DNA from: Dehalococcoidia bacterium
GTDB taxonomy: Bacteria > Chloroflexota > Dehalococcoidia > Lucifugimonadales > UBA2985
Direction of reading: 5' to 3'
Assembly (NCBI GenBank): GCA_034421015.1
Contig: DAOUKT010000024.1
Span: forward strand, 16,404 to 80,403
DNA length: 64,000 bases
A program made the translations under genes and the position numbers. The notes beneath the pieces are model-generated. The model did not search any database, was not told the DNA's origin, and saw only the letters and a program-made list of their open reading frames with translations. Positions 18,833-27,287 of the stretch are shown here, piece by piece; within the stretch, counting starts at the first letter, position 1, and every line of letters begins with the position of its first letter.

Positions 18833-20068
18833 CTACCCGCCCTCCGCCTCTTCCCTGATGAGGCTCTCTGCGAAGCCCATGAGAGTCTCCACCCTCTCCG
18901 CCGGGACCTTGGCCGTATCCAGGTACAGGCGCAGCGCCTCCTGGGGCGACAGCCCCTCCACCGTCGCTGCCCCCAGCCGCGTGCGACGCTCCCTGGTCAC
19001 TTCCCGGACTATGGGCGCAACGTAGTGGGCCTCCGACAGCGCGGCGCGCACGTCGTTCTCCCGCAGCTGCGCCTCCACCTCCTGGGGCATTGTGATCCGC
19101 ACCCTGACTATGGCGTCCGCGACGCGCCTGCGGCCGATGGCCCTTATCGCCTCCTGCGTCGGGTCCTCGTCCGCGTCGACCTTGACCTCGATTGTGAGGA
19201 AGCGCCTGGCCCCGACCGGCAGAAAGCGAAAGTCGGCCATGCGCTCACCCCTGGGCGCGTCCGGGTCAAGGTCGATGACGCAGAACCCCTTTTCATCGTT
19301 CTCCTCGCCAAAATCTATGCGCTCCAGGCTGCCTGTGTAGACCACGTGGGGATTGACGGAGAGCACCTGGTGCTTGTGGATGTGGCCCAGGGCAACGTAG
19401 TCCAGCTCCGGCCGGGCAAGGGCGCTCAGCATGAGGACGGGGTCATGGCCCAGGAGCATGGACTGCTCCGAGCTTGTCCTGGCGGTGTTCAGCGAGACGT
19501 GGGCGGTCAGGAGCGCGGGCACGGCGGGGTCAAGGCTCTCGATCTGCCACGCCACGAGGCTGGTAACCCGCTCCTGTAGCTGCCGGTTGATCTGGTCGAT
19601 GGTGAGGCTGCGGGTCTCCTCCCTGGCCAGGAACGCGCTGCGCCGGATCCAGGGCAGTGCGACTATCTGCACCGGGCCGGCGGCGGTCTGCACTACGTAG
19701 GTGTCCAGGCGGTCGCCGATGGTGACGTTGGGGACGGAAAGCGTAGGGAAGATGTCCAGGGCCGTTGCCCGGCTGGCGATGTGGGGAATGTCGTGGTTGC
19801 CCAGCAGCAGGAAGACGGGCAAGCCGCCCTCGGCCATGCGTGCGATGCGCCTGGCAAACTCCCGCTGGTGAGTCTGCGACGGGTCGCGGCTCTTGTAGGC
19901 GTCGCCGGCGAATAGCACGAGGTCCACGGCGTTGTCCAGGGCGTAGTCCACCACCTCATCGAAGGTGGCGAGGAAGTCCATCAGCCGGGCGCTCAGCCCC
20001 GTCGACGGGTCGGTTGTGCCGTAGCTCTCGACGCCTATGTGCACGTCCGAGAAGTGCAGAATGCGCAT
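18833..20068 (-). CDS. sbcD: SbcD/Mre11-family nuclease (metallophosphoesterase)
   Basis: ORF 18833..20086. I prefer the ATG at 20068 (MRILHFSDVHIG). Further motifs: GDAYKS, GNHD, GHIH. No sbcC follows. Confidence 0.85.
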   Translation of the reverse strand: MRILHFSDVHIGVESYGTTDPSTGLSARLMDFLATFDEVVDYALDNAVDLVLFAGDAYKSRDPSQTHQREFARRIARMAEGGLPVFLLLGNHDIPHIASRATALDIFPTLSVPNVTIGDRLDTYVVQTAAGPVQIVALPWIRRSAFLAREETRSLTIDQINRQLQERVTSLVAWQIESLDPAVPALLTAHVSLNTARTSSEQSMLLGHDPVLMLSALARPELDYVALGHIHKHQVLSVNPHVVYTGSLERIDFGEENDEKGFCVIDLDPDAPRGERMADFRFLPVGARRFLTIEVKVDADEDPTQEAIRAIGRRRVADAIVRVRITMPQEVEAQLRENDVRAALSEAHYVAPIVREVTRERRTRLGAATVEGLSPQEALRLYLDTAKVPAERVETLMGFAESLIREEAEGG

Positions 20069-20070
20069 GG

Positions 20071-20289
20071 CTACAGGGCCTCCCACTCCTCCCGGCTGAT
20101 TCCGGCCTCTCGGAGTATTAGTGCTAAGAATTCCCTACTTATGTCACCGCGGTGGGGATTGGGAAGCCACACACGCCTTTGACCTCGCTCCATAAACTGG
20201 TGGCGTCCGCCCGGAAATGGGCCTTCAAATCCTGCGCGGCGGAGGACGGCGATGAGGTCTCGCCTGGATATTGGGCCAAAGCGCGGCAA
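20071..20289 (-). CDS. hicA: HicA-family toxin (YcfA-like mRNA interferase)
   Basis: 72 aa. ISRRDLIAVLRRAGFE ... GGRHQFM is typical of HicA. It directly follows the HicB gene (20290). Confidence 0.8.
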   Translation of the reverse strand: MPRFGPISRRDLIAVLRRAGFEGPFPGGRHQFMERGQRRVWLPNPHRGDISREFLALILREAGISREEWEAL

Positions 20290-20532
20290 CTAGGCAGTTA
20301 CCTTAACATTGATATCAAAGCCGTCTACTACAGGAACGTCGAAGCCGCGGGAGATGGAGAAGAGCAGCCACTCGTCCAGAACATCTTCCAACTCAGCGCG
20401 GCACTCTTCAAGGGTATCTGCGTTGTAATAGACACCATCAAAGCCCGGTATCCTCCCGAAAAATGTGCCGTCGTCACACAGGATTTCGTATTCAGCCTTG
20501 GCCATTGCCGCGGCTATGTACTGTCGTATCAT
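20290..20532 (-). CDS. hicB: HicB-family antitoxin (UPF0150 fold)
   Basis: 80 aa. GRIPGFDGVYYNADTLEECRAELEDVLDEW is typical of the HicB N-terminal domain. Confidence 0.8.
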   Translation of the reverse strand: MIRQYIAAAMAKAEYEILCDDGTFFGRIPGFDGVYYNADTLEECRAELEDVLDEWLLFSISRGFDVPVVDGFDINVKVTA

Positions 20533-20599
20533 GGCTTTCCTCCTCAGGGCAATTCTATCTGGCGTGCGGCGGCTTTGTACAGCGAGGTTGGAGCGGCGG

Positions 20600-20857
20600 T
20601 CAGTCCTCTATGTCTTCTATGGCTTCCCCGAACTTGAGATCCATGCCGTCCAGAACCGGCACGTCAATGCCGCTGGCTACGCGGAAAAGCGTCCAATGCT
20701 CCAGAACCTCCTCCAGCGTATTGCGGCACTCCGCAAGCGTCTTGGCGCTGGCCTGTACACCCTCAAAGCCGGGAATCTCGCCGTAGTAGGAGTTGTCTTC
20801 AGGGAGGGTGTTGTACTTGGCCCTCTTCATCGCCGCGTCAAGGTATTCTCTTATCAC
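20600..20857 (-). CDS. Second HicB-like protein (paralogue, no cognate toxin of its own)
   Basis: 85 aa. It aligns by eye to 20290..20532: MIREYLDAAMKRAKY / GEIPGFEGVQASAKTLAECRNTLEEVLEHW. Confidence 0.7.
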   Translation of the reverse strand: MIREYLDAAMKRAKYNTLPEDNSYYGEIPGFEGVQASAKTLAECRNTLEEVLEHWTLFRVASGIDVPVLDGMDLKFGEAIEDIED

Positions 20858-20898
20858 GGTATCCCTCCGGGGTTCATTGTACCGCGTGCGGCTATGAG

Positions 20899-21180
20899 CT
20901 ACCAGTTGAAGTGCAGTTCTATCTCATCACCGTCCCAGGGCAGAGACTCAACCCAAGCCCAGATCTCCGAGGTTTGCTGAGGGTTGAGGTTCTCGTTTTC
21001 AGTGTACTCTTCCAGCAGCCGGCCGACTTGGGGCTTGGTGAAGTACCCCAGGCTGTTCCCCTCCCCGCTCATAGTGCCGTAGACGCTGGCCTCGTGGGCC
21101 AACTCCCACGCAAACCGATAGGTGATGCCGCGCGGGCGCTCAAAGTAGTTTATGCTCATGGTTCCGATGTCCAGTCCCAT
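20899..21180 (-). CDS. Hypothetical protein
   Basis: ORF 20899..21237. The start is either a TTG at 21237 overlapping the AIPR stop (TTGA) or the ATG at 21180 (MGLDIG...). No family recognised. Confidence 0.45.
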   Translation of the reverse strand: MGLDIGTMSINYFERPRGITYRFAWELAHEASVYGTMSGEGNSLGYFTKPQVGRLLEEYTENENLNPQQTSEIWAWVESLPWDGDEIELHFNW

Positions 21181-21233
21181 ATTCAGCCTCCGTGAAGAAA
21201 TGGACTGGACCTTATCGGACCCGGCGCGGGATG

Positions 21234-23063
21234 TCAAGATGGTAGCGAATCAAGCGGGTCTCCCCGTCCCGGCCTACGACGGATGCGTTGCAAAACATGG
21301 TCAAGGTGAGAACTTACCTTATTGCTATTCGCCGTATCTGATCTGCTTCTGTAAAAGTTTCGCTGGCTGAACGTACTTCCTTGCTTGGCAGAATCTTCTT
21401 TAACGTCCTCAACCACATCCGCGAGAGTCTCAGTTGCTACCTCAAACAAGTCTTCGAACCAATCTTCAATGCACTGTCTTAATGCTAGTGAAGTCTCTGT
21501 AGACAAGTATTCGGCAACCTGGGCACCATAGTGAGAACGCAAGACGCTACCTACCAACCACACTATGTACAATTCCCCATAATTGAACGGATCTCTTTGG
21601 GCTGAATCGAATGCCTTCAGATTCGTCAATACTTTTTGTCGAATGAGACTTGGCAATAACAGCTGCTCAGCGGAAATGCTGGATGGGTAAACATCCTCAT
21701 AGTGCCTTTTGCTGTCTTGTTCGCTATCTTTGTTTTCAAATATTGTTCTAGTGTCCTCTACCGCTTCACCAGGCTTGCCAATGAAGGCTAACGCAGCCTG
21801 AGCCACATCTTTCATTGCCAAATACCTGCGTTTCCCTGACTCATCAACATAGTCGCGTTTATCTGGGGTGTCATAATCCCACTCACCGGTCTTGACCTCG
21901 TAGAACCAAGATAATCGCTTAAACCCTTCCTTGAGTTGCCTTTGCTGGTCATCATTGGACTTAAACTGCTGGGCCTTTAAGCCCGTTTGAGTATTTGTGG
22001 CCTCTGCGATTTCTTGACCGATCTCCTCTTGGTCAGTCTGTGTTACCTTCAAGCTAACGAATACTTGGTCGTCAATCTTGTCGTAATTCCTAGATAAGAA
22101 CACGGTCGTTTGACAGCCGTTTACGATCTGGAAATTCCAGAATCCATATACGGGCCTCTCCGGATCGTTTTGTTCTGCGAGTGGTTCGTATCTGTTACAC
22201 AGAGCAGATAGACCGTTGTTTAGGAGGTGAAATCTTGCTTTCCGAGATCTATCTGCAAAGGTGTCGGCCATGCGGAGATACGGCCTAGCTCGACTGCCTA
22301 ACCAAAGTCTTGGATTCTGATCAAACAAGGAGAACTCATGTTGCCGAAATGCAGCAACTAAATCCCTGGCAGGTATCAATGCGTTGATAGTACTAATATC
22401 GCCGCTATTGAATTCATAATGTTTGATCAGTTGAAGCTCCACATATGGTTGCTGGGATCTGCGCTCTGACTTATGTCGATTATACAAGTCAGCAAATCCC
22501 GTCCTGTCAAAGACTTGAAGGCTAGCAGGCACGGGGAAGTCTCTGCCTTCAATCGGAAGATGGAGTCTCCTTTGGTTCTTGAAATCATCAACTAGGGCGT
22601 TGGCTCTAGCATCCAGATTTCCTGATGTCACGAATACCATGTTCAACCCATATGAGTCTTTGGGTAATACTTCCTTTAGTTTCCCGTGGAGGAACTTCAC
22701 CTCAGTGTTGTTGCAGGTACCTACTAGATCTGCGTTGAGTAGACGGAATGGGGCACTCAAGAATATGTCAAGCTGTTTCCTAGTAATGCGCCTTTGGTCT
22801 TTAGCTTGAAACAGCGAAACCAATCTCTCTTCCTCGTCAATAAGGAAACCATCGATTTCCAAATCATCCGGGCCATCTATGCGAGTATATTGTGAAGCCA
22901 AATCGGTGTCAGAGATGTTTTCCGACAGGGCCTCACCTCTAAAAACCTCAGCGAATGCCCAGTCTCTAAATGCCTCCCACTTCTCAACCCCACGTCGTTC
23001 CGCCGCTTCCGATATTAGCGTAGAGATCTCAAGCCAAGTGTTTTCCAGCACCCTTGTAGCCAT
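21234..23063 (-). CDS. AIPR-family abortive-infection protein with N-terminal PD-(D/E)xK-like region
   Basis: 609 aa in a visibly lower-GC stretch. The motif FQIVNGCQTT matches the AIPR NGxQT signature. The N-terminal DDLEIDGFLIDEE...LFQAKD resembles a restriction-endonuclease-like D..D/ExK core. Confidence 0.75.
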   Translation of the reverse strand: MATRVLENTWLEISTLISEAAERRGVEKWEAFRDWAFAEVFRGEALSENISDTDLASQYTRIDGPDDLEIDGFLIDEEERLVSLFQAKDQRRITRKQLDIFLSAPFRLLNADLVGTCNNTEVKFLHGKLKEVLPKDSYGLNMVFVTSGNLDARANALVDDFKNQRRLHLPIEGRDFPVPASLQVFDRTGFADLYNRHKSERRSQQPYVELQLIKHYEFNSGDISTINALIPARDLVAAFRQHEFSLFDQNPRLWLGSRARPYLRMADTFADRSRKARFHLLNNGLSALCNRYEPLAEQNDPERPVYGFWNFQIVNGCQTTVFLSRNYDKIDDQVFVSLKVTQTDQEEIGQEIAEATNTQTGLKAQQFKSNDDQQRQLKEGFKRLSWFYEVKTGEWDYDTPDKRDYVDESGKRRYLAMKDVAQAALAFIGKPGEAVEDTRTIFENKDSEQDSKRHYEDVYPSSISAEQLLLPSLIRQKVLTNLKAFDSAQRDPFNYGELYIVWLVGSVLRSHYGAQVAEYLSTETSLALRQCIEDWFEDLFEVATETLADVVEDVKEDSAKQGSTFSQRNFYRSRSDTANSNKVSSHLDHVLQRIRRRPGRGDPLDSLPS

Positions 23064-23180
23064 GGCTCAACCTCCTGCCACTATGATTCTCCGCTATCGG
23101 CCCAAGATGAATTCAGCTTGTCCTAACCTGCACCTATTGTACCATTTGCTGCTGGAAGAGCGGGAGCGCCAAGTAAAACC

Positions 23181-23208
23181 GTAGGGGCGATTCGCGAATC
23201 GCCCCTAC
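23181..23208. repeat. Family B perfect palindrome (ggggcgattcgcgaatcgcccc core)
   Basis: gtaggggcgattcgcgaatcgcccctac. The same core recurs at 33488-33515. Confidence 0.85.
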
Positions 23209-23242
23209 GTGCACACTCCAGGCGTGTGAATCAGGAGAAGCG

Positions 23243-23464
23243 TCAGGAAGGCTGCTTGACGCCCAGTTCCTCAAAGGTCGGCTTCCGGATGACGTCCAGA
23301 TCATCGAAGTGCATGCTGGCGTACAGGATCTCTATACCTACCAAGCGGCCTTCCACGTCATAATCCAAGGCTACGCCCGTCGATTCGTCGAACTCAGTTC
23401 TGAAGGTATCCTCACGCAGTCGTATGTATACGGCATCTGCTTTAGGGTCATAAGTTACGTGCAT
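23243..23464 (-). CDS. DUF2283-family small protein
   Basis: 73 aa. MHVTYDPKADAVYIRL ... GRLVGIEIL is the typical DUF2283 pattern. Confidence 0.75.
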   Translation of the reverse strand: MHVTYDPKADAVYIRLREDTFRTEFDESTGVALDYDVEGRLVGIEILYASMHFDDLDVIRKPTFEELGVKQPS

Positions 23465-23472
23465 AACGCCTC

Positions 23473-24792
23473 CTACGCTCCCAGCCGCGCCCTCAGCGTG
23501 TCCAGCAGCTCAGGGATGGGCACCCGGGTCTGCTGCATGGTGTCCCGGTCCCGGATGGTGACGGCGTTGTCCTCCTCAATGGTCTGGAAGTCCACCGTCA
23601 CGGCCAGGGGCGTGCCGATCTCGTCCTGGCGGCGGTAGCGCCGGCCAATCGACTGGGCGTCGTCGTACTGGGTGACAAAGCTCTTGCGAACCAAGTCGTA
23701 CACCTCACGGGCCTTGGGCACAAGCCTCTCGTTGCGGCTCAGGGGCAGCACGGCAACCTTCACCGGGGCGATGGCCGGATGCAGGTGGAGCACCACCCGG
23801 GTGTCGCCCTCAACCGTCTCCTCGTCGTAGGCGTCGAACAGGAACAGGAGCAGGGCGCGGTCGACGCCCAGGGCCGGCTCCACAACGTAGGGCACAATGT
23901 GCTCGCCGGTCTCGTCGTCAAAGTAGTCCAGCCGCTCGCCGCTGTGCATGGAGTGGGCCTTCAGGTCGTAGTCCGTGCGGTTGGCGATGCCCATCAGCTC
24001 CCCCCAGCCCCAGGCAAACCTGTACTCGATGTCGTAGGTGGCCTTGGAGTAGTGGGAAAGCTCCTCGTCCGTATGCTGTCGCAGCCGGAGCCTGTCCGGT
24101 CGGATGCCCAGGTCCGTGAACCAGGCCATGAAGTCGTCCATCCAATGCTGGTGCCACTCCTGGTCTGTGCCGGGCTTGACGAAGTACTCTATCTCCATCT
24201 GCTCGAACTCGCGAGTGCGAAAGGTGAAGTTGCCCGTAGTGATCTCGTTGCGGAAGGACTTGCCAATCTGCCCGATGCCGAAGGGAAGCCGCTTGCGAGT
24301 GGCGGTCAGGACGTTCTGGAAGTTGACGAAGATGCCCTGGGCGGTCTCCGGGCGCAGGTAGGCCTGGGAAGCCGAGTCCTCCACCGGCCCGATAAACGTC
24401 TTGAACATGAGGTTGAAGTTGCGAGGCTCCGTGAGGTCGCCGTCGCAGTCAGGGCATGCGTCCGCCGACTCCAGGTGGTCGGCGCGGTAGCGCTGGTTGC
24501 ACTTCCGGCACTCCACCAGGGGGTCGGTGAACGTGGCCGCGTGGCCGGAGGCTACCCACACCTGGGGGTGCATCAGGATGGCGGCGTCCAGGCCAACCAT
24601 ATCGTCCCTGTCCTGGATGAACCGCTTCCACCAGGAGTCCCGGATGTTGCGCTTCAGCTCGACTCCCAGGGGGCCGTAGTCGTACGTGGAAGCGAGTCCT
24701 CCGTATATCTCGCTGGACTGGAAGATGAAGCCCCTGCGTTTGCACAGCGACACAATTTTGTCCATTTCAACCTGGTCCAGACTCCGTTCCAC
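23473..24792 (-). CDS. glyQS: Glycine--tRNA ligase (homodimeric GlyQS type)
   Basis: 439 aa with [17 protein letters not shown], class II synthetase motifs and a C-terminal anticodon-binding region. Confidence 0.95.
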   Translation of the reverse strand: MERSLDQVEMDKIVSLCKRRGFIFQSSEIYGGLASTYDYGPLGVELKRNIRDSWWKRFIQDRDDMVGLDAAILMHPQVWVASGHAATFTDPLVECRKCNQRYRADHLESADACPDCDGDLTEPRNFNLMFKTFIGPVEDSASQAYLRPETAQGIFVNFQNVLTATRKRLPFGIGQIGKSFRNEITTGNFTFRTREFEQMEIEYFVKPGTDQEWHQHWMDDFMAWFTDLGIRPDRLRLRQHTDEELSHYSKATYDIEYRFAWGWGELMGIANRTDYDLKAHSMHSGERLDYFDDETGEHIVPYVVEPALGVDRALLLFLFDAYDEETVEGDTRVVLHLHPAIAPVKVAVLPLSRNERLVPKAREVYDLVRKSFVTQYDDAQSIGRRYRRQDEIGTPLAVTVDFQTIEEDNAVTIRDRDTMQQTRVPIPELLDTLRARLGA

Positions 24793-24913
24793 GGCGCGCC
24801 TCCAATGGGTTGTATAGTGCGAATGAAGTTACCAAGTTAGCCGTCGGTTGTAAAGGGAGAGACGCGCTTGGCGACTGGTCCCTTCTAGCATATCGACGTA
24901 TCTGATAGAATGG

Positions 24914-25228
24914 GTGAAAGTAGCAGTCTTGCAGTATCAAGACTCAAGAATGGATTGGCGTCACATGCTAGAAACGAATAACTCCGAAACCAAGAGGCAC
25001 ACTCCAGTTCACAACTTGGCGCCCGGGACCATGCTGGCGGATGTGGAGAGCGAGATGCGCGTGTACGAGAAGCGCTACGAGATGTCCAGTGAAAGAATGG
25101 CTGTACTCCTGGAAGCGGACGCCATCCGCCCTACCGCCGAGGTGCTCAAATGGTACGCCGCCTTTCAAGGAGCCAAATTGCTCCGCGCAAAGACCCCCAC
25201 GACTGGAACACCTGGGACCACTACCTGA
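24914..25228 (+). CDS. Hypothetical small protein (start uncertain)
   Basis: ORF with a GTG start. Internal ATGs at 24950 and 24965 are alternatives. The core VESEMRVYEKRYEMSSERMAVLL has no confident family assignment. Confidence 0.3.
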   Translation: MKVAVLQYQDSRMDWRHMLETNNSETKRHTPVHNLAPGTMLADVESEMRVYEKRYEMSSERMAVLLEADAIRPTAEVLKWYAAFQGAKLLRAKTPTTGTPGTTT

Positions 25229-25380
25229 CCATCCACGAAAGCCGCCTGAGTCAACATCCCCTCGTAGTCAACGACACCCTAATAGTCTGAGTCCCACGCC
25301 TACCTTTGCCCTTGTATACTCATATAAGCGGGCATAACGGCTGTGATAAAATACAGCAAGCAAAATTGCAAGGGGGCAAA

Positions 25381-26889
25381 ATGGCCGTTACTCTCAAACG
25401 ACAATTGACTGACGTTGAAAAGGAGCGTGTTTTGGAGCAGCACGGCCGCGTCTGTTTTGCCACAGGCCATAAGATCCCAGAAGGCGAGGCCGTACAATTC
25501 GACCACATACGCGCCTTTGCAACAGGTGGGCAAACTGAAATCAATAACATCGCTCCGATGTGCCCTCAGCACAATAGAGAAAAGGGTACGCTCCCTCTCT
25601 TTGATTTTCGAGCCAAATTGAATCTTGGAGAGTTCTTCAGTACAGGCGACAGGCTGACTCTTGGACACTTGCTGGAATACCTTCGATCAAAGGGTAGTAT
25701 CCCCCATTATGGACTCCCCGTAGCCGTAGGAGAGGATGGAGAAAATATCCGACTCGAGTCTTCTCGTGGTATACAAGAATCTCGGGCTTATCGATGTCCA
25801 ATAACGGGTTGGAAATACTTCTACGCAACGCTTTCCATAGACCTAATCGACAGCGATGATGACCAAGACGAAGCAATCGGACTACAACCGCGCTACCTCA
25901 TATTCGATAAGGTCTTTGAACTCTTCCGGCACTTTCAACGTTTTCCGGTCCTCCAACCATCTCTGGGAAGAATCGTTGGCGACAGGATCAAATTGTTCGA
26001 CGGACAACATAAGGCGGCAGCCATTATCTGGAACAACTACAAAGAACTGGAATGCAAAATCTATATGGAGCCAGATATTCGATTGCTTAACCAGACCAAT
26101 ATCTCGGCACATGATAGATTTGCCCAAACACGCTTCTTCTCATCAATAATGATCCTGAAACTAGGGACACAATTCGGAGCAGATTTTGAGACATACAAGA
26201 ACCTTGAAGACGGTCAAGTTAAGAGTGAATCCGGGTTTGTAGACTACATTCGCAGCAAAGATAATCTGACTAAAGGCGAAGTGAACCAGCGTTTCAGGAG
26301 CTTTTTGTACAATTCCGTTCTTGGAGAAGAGAATAACCAGTTGGCGCGTCTCGTAGCTGATGGCAACTATCCCACTGATGAGAAACCTCTCACCACAAAC
26401 GCATTGTCTAATTCTTTGCTTGCTTCCTTCCTTTATCGTGAGCCAGTAGATGACAACATGGCGACTGATTCCTATAAGCGTAGCATTGAAGTACAGAACG
26501 TTATCAGGCTGATGAATCTACTTGATGACCTAGCCCTGTATCAGTGGAATCCAAACGCGTCCGCAAATGACGAGGGGCAACGTAGACTGGTGCGTTTGAT
26601 CAGAGCCAGATTTATGAAAGCTTGGTCCGAATTGCTCAAAGATGCAATCTGCGCAAATGCTAGAATCTTTGACAGTGACGATAAAGCCCGTCCATTCTAC
26701 AGGGAGTTCAACGATCAGAACTGGGCAGATATCGGAGAAATTGTGACCCGTCTAATCAACTGGAAAATTTGGAGTTCACCAACCTCCAGCGACGTAGACC
26801 AGATTCGGGTCGATAACGATAAACAGTTGAGAGACTGGGTAAAAAATAAGGGACTTACGGCTGGCTATCTGTTGGGCGCGCCTGAGTAA
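25381..26889 (+). CDS. HNH endonuclease fused to a DGQHR/DndB-like (ParB-fold) domain
   Basis: ORF 25306..26889. I prefer the ATG at 25381 (MAVTLK...), after an AGGGGG RBS. HNH: CFATGH..QFDHIRAFATGG..NIAPMCPQHNREKG. Central: RYLIFDKV...IKLFDGQHKAAAI. The region is visibly lower in GC. Confidence 0.7.
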   Translation: MAVTLKRQLTDVEKERVLEQHGRVCFATGHKIPEGEAVQFDHIRAFATGGQTEINNIAPMCPQHNREKGTLPLFDFRAKLNLGEFFSTGDRLTLGHLLEYLRSKGSIPHYGLPVAVGEDGENIRLESSRGIQESRAYRCPITGWKYFYATLSIDLIDSDDDQDEAIGLQPRYLIFDKVFELFRHFQRFPVLQPSLGRIVGDRIKLFDGQHKAAAIIWNNYKELECKIYMEPDIRLLNQTNISAHDRFAQTRFFSSIMILKLGTQFGADFETYKNLEDGQVKSESGFVDYIRSKDNLTKGEVNQRFRSFLYNSVLGEENNQLARLVADGNYPTDEKPLTTNALSNSLLASFLYREPVDDNMATDSYKRSIEVQNVIRLMNLLDDLALYQWNPNASANDEGQRRLVRLIRARFMKAWSELLKDAICANARIFDSDDKARPFYREFNDQNWADIGEIVTRLINWKIWSSPTSSDVDQIRVDNDKQLRDWVKNKGLTAGYLLGAPE

Positions 26890-26923
26890 CAAGCTCGTGG
26901 ACAACAACGCATCAGCACGCCTG

Positions 26924-26952
26924 TTGACACGCGCCCGGGATTGTGATAGCGT
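26924..26952 (+). promoter_or_regulatory. Candidate sigma70-type promoter of the ilv-leu operon
   Basis: TTGACA (26924-26929), a 17-nt spacer, then an extended -10 TGATAGCGT (26944-26952). Confidence 0.4.
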
Positions 26953-26969
26953 GAACACATCTCTAAAGC

Positions 26970-27256
26970 TATGTGCTTGGAGAGACCAAAGGCTAGGACG
27001 GAGAGGAGTAAGGGGCAACCGTCCATCCAGCGAGTCTGGTACGGTGGAAGCAGACGTGGATTGGCCCCCTGAAGGTAGCTCCCGAGCCGCCAGAAGAAAG
27101 TCCCGGTGAGCCGGGCCGAGTAGAACTGACCGGGGTCGTCTCCCGTTATCAAGGACGAGGGCGTGTTGGCGCCCTGCAGAGCGCCCCGGCGTGCCGGGGA
27201 AAAAGGGTGGTACCGCGGGAAACGTTCCCGTCCCTTTGGGGCGGGATTTTATTTTG
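26970..27256 (+). promoter_or_regulatory. T-box riboswitch leader (tRNA-sensing transcription attenuator) upstream of ilvB
   Basis: T-box sequence AGGGTGGTACCGCG lies at 27204-27217. Stem I-like elements are AGGAGTA (27004-27010), AG bulge AGCGA (27029-27033) and distal hairpin gtctg/cagac with loop GTACGGTGGAAG. The specifier-like GAAGGTAG is at 27071-27078. The leader ends in an intrinsic terminator. Confidence 0.75.
27226..27255 (+). terminator. Intrinsic terminator of the T-box leader
   Basis: 9-bp GC-rich stem tcccgtccc / ggggcggga with a TTT loop, followed by TTTTATTTT. Confidence 0.8.
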
Positions 27257-27287
27257 GTTGCAATTCGCCGGACGGAGGTGAAGTGAG

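Noticed and set aside
24793-24913. T-box or other leader upstream of glyQS, and the idea that the T-box at about 27.0-27.26 kb regulates glyQS because its specifier can be read as GGU.
   Set aside because: glyQS is on the minus strand and has only about 120 bp of upstream DNA with no T-box sequence. The T-box is on the plus strand, and its terminator sits 32 bp before the ilvB start, so it can only control ilvB.
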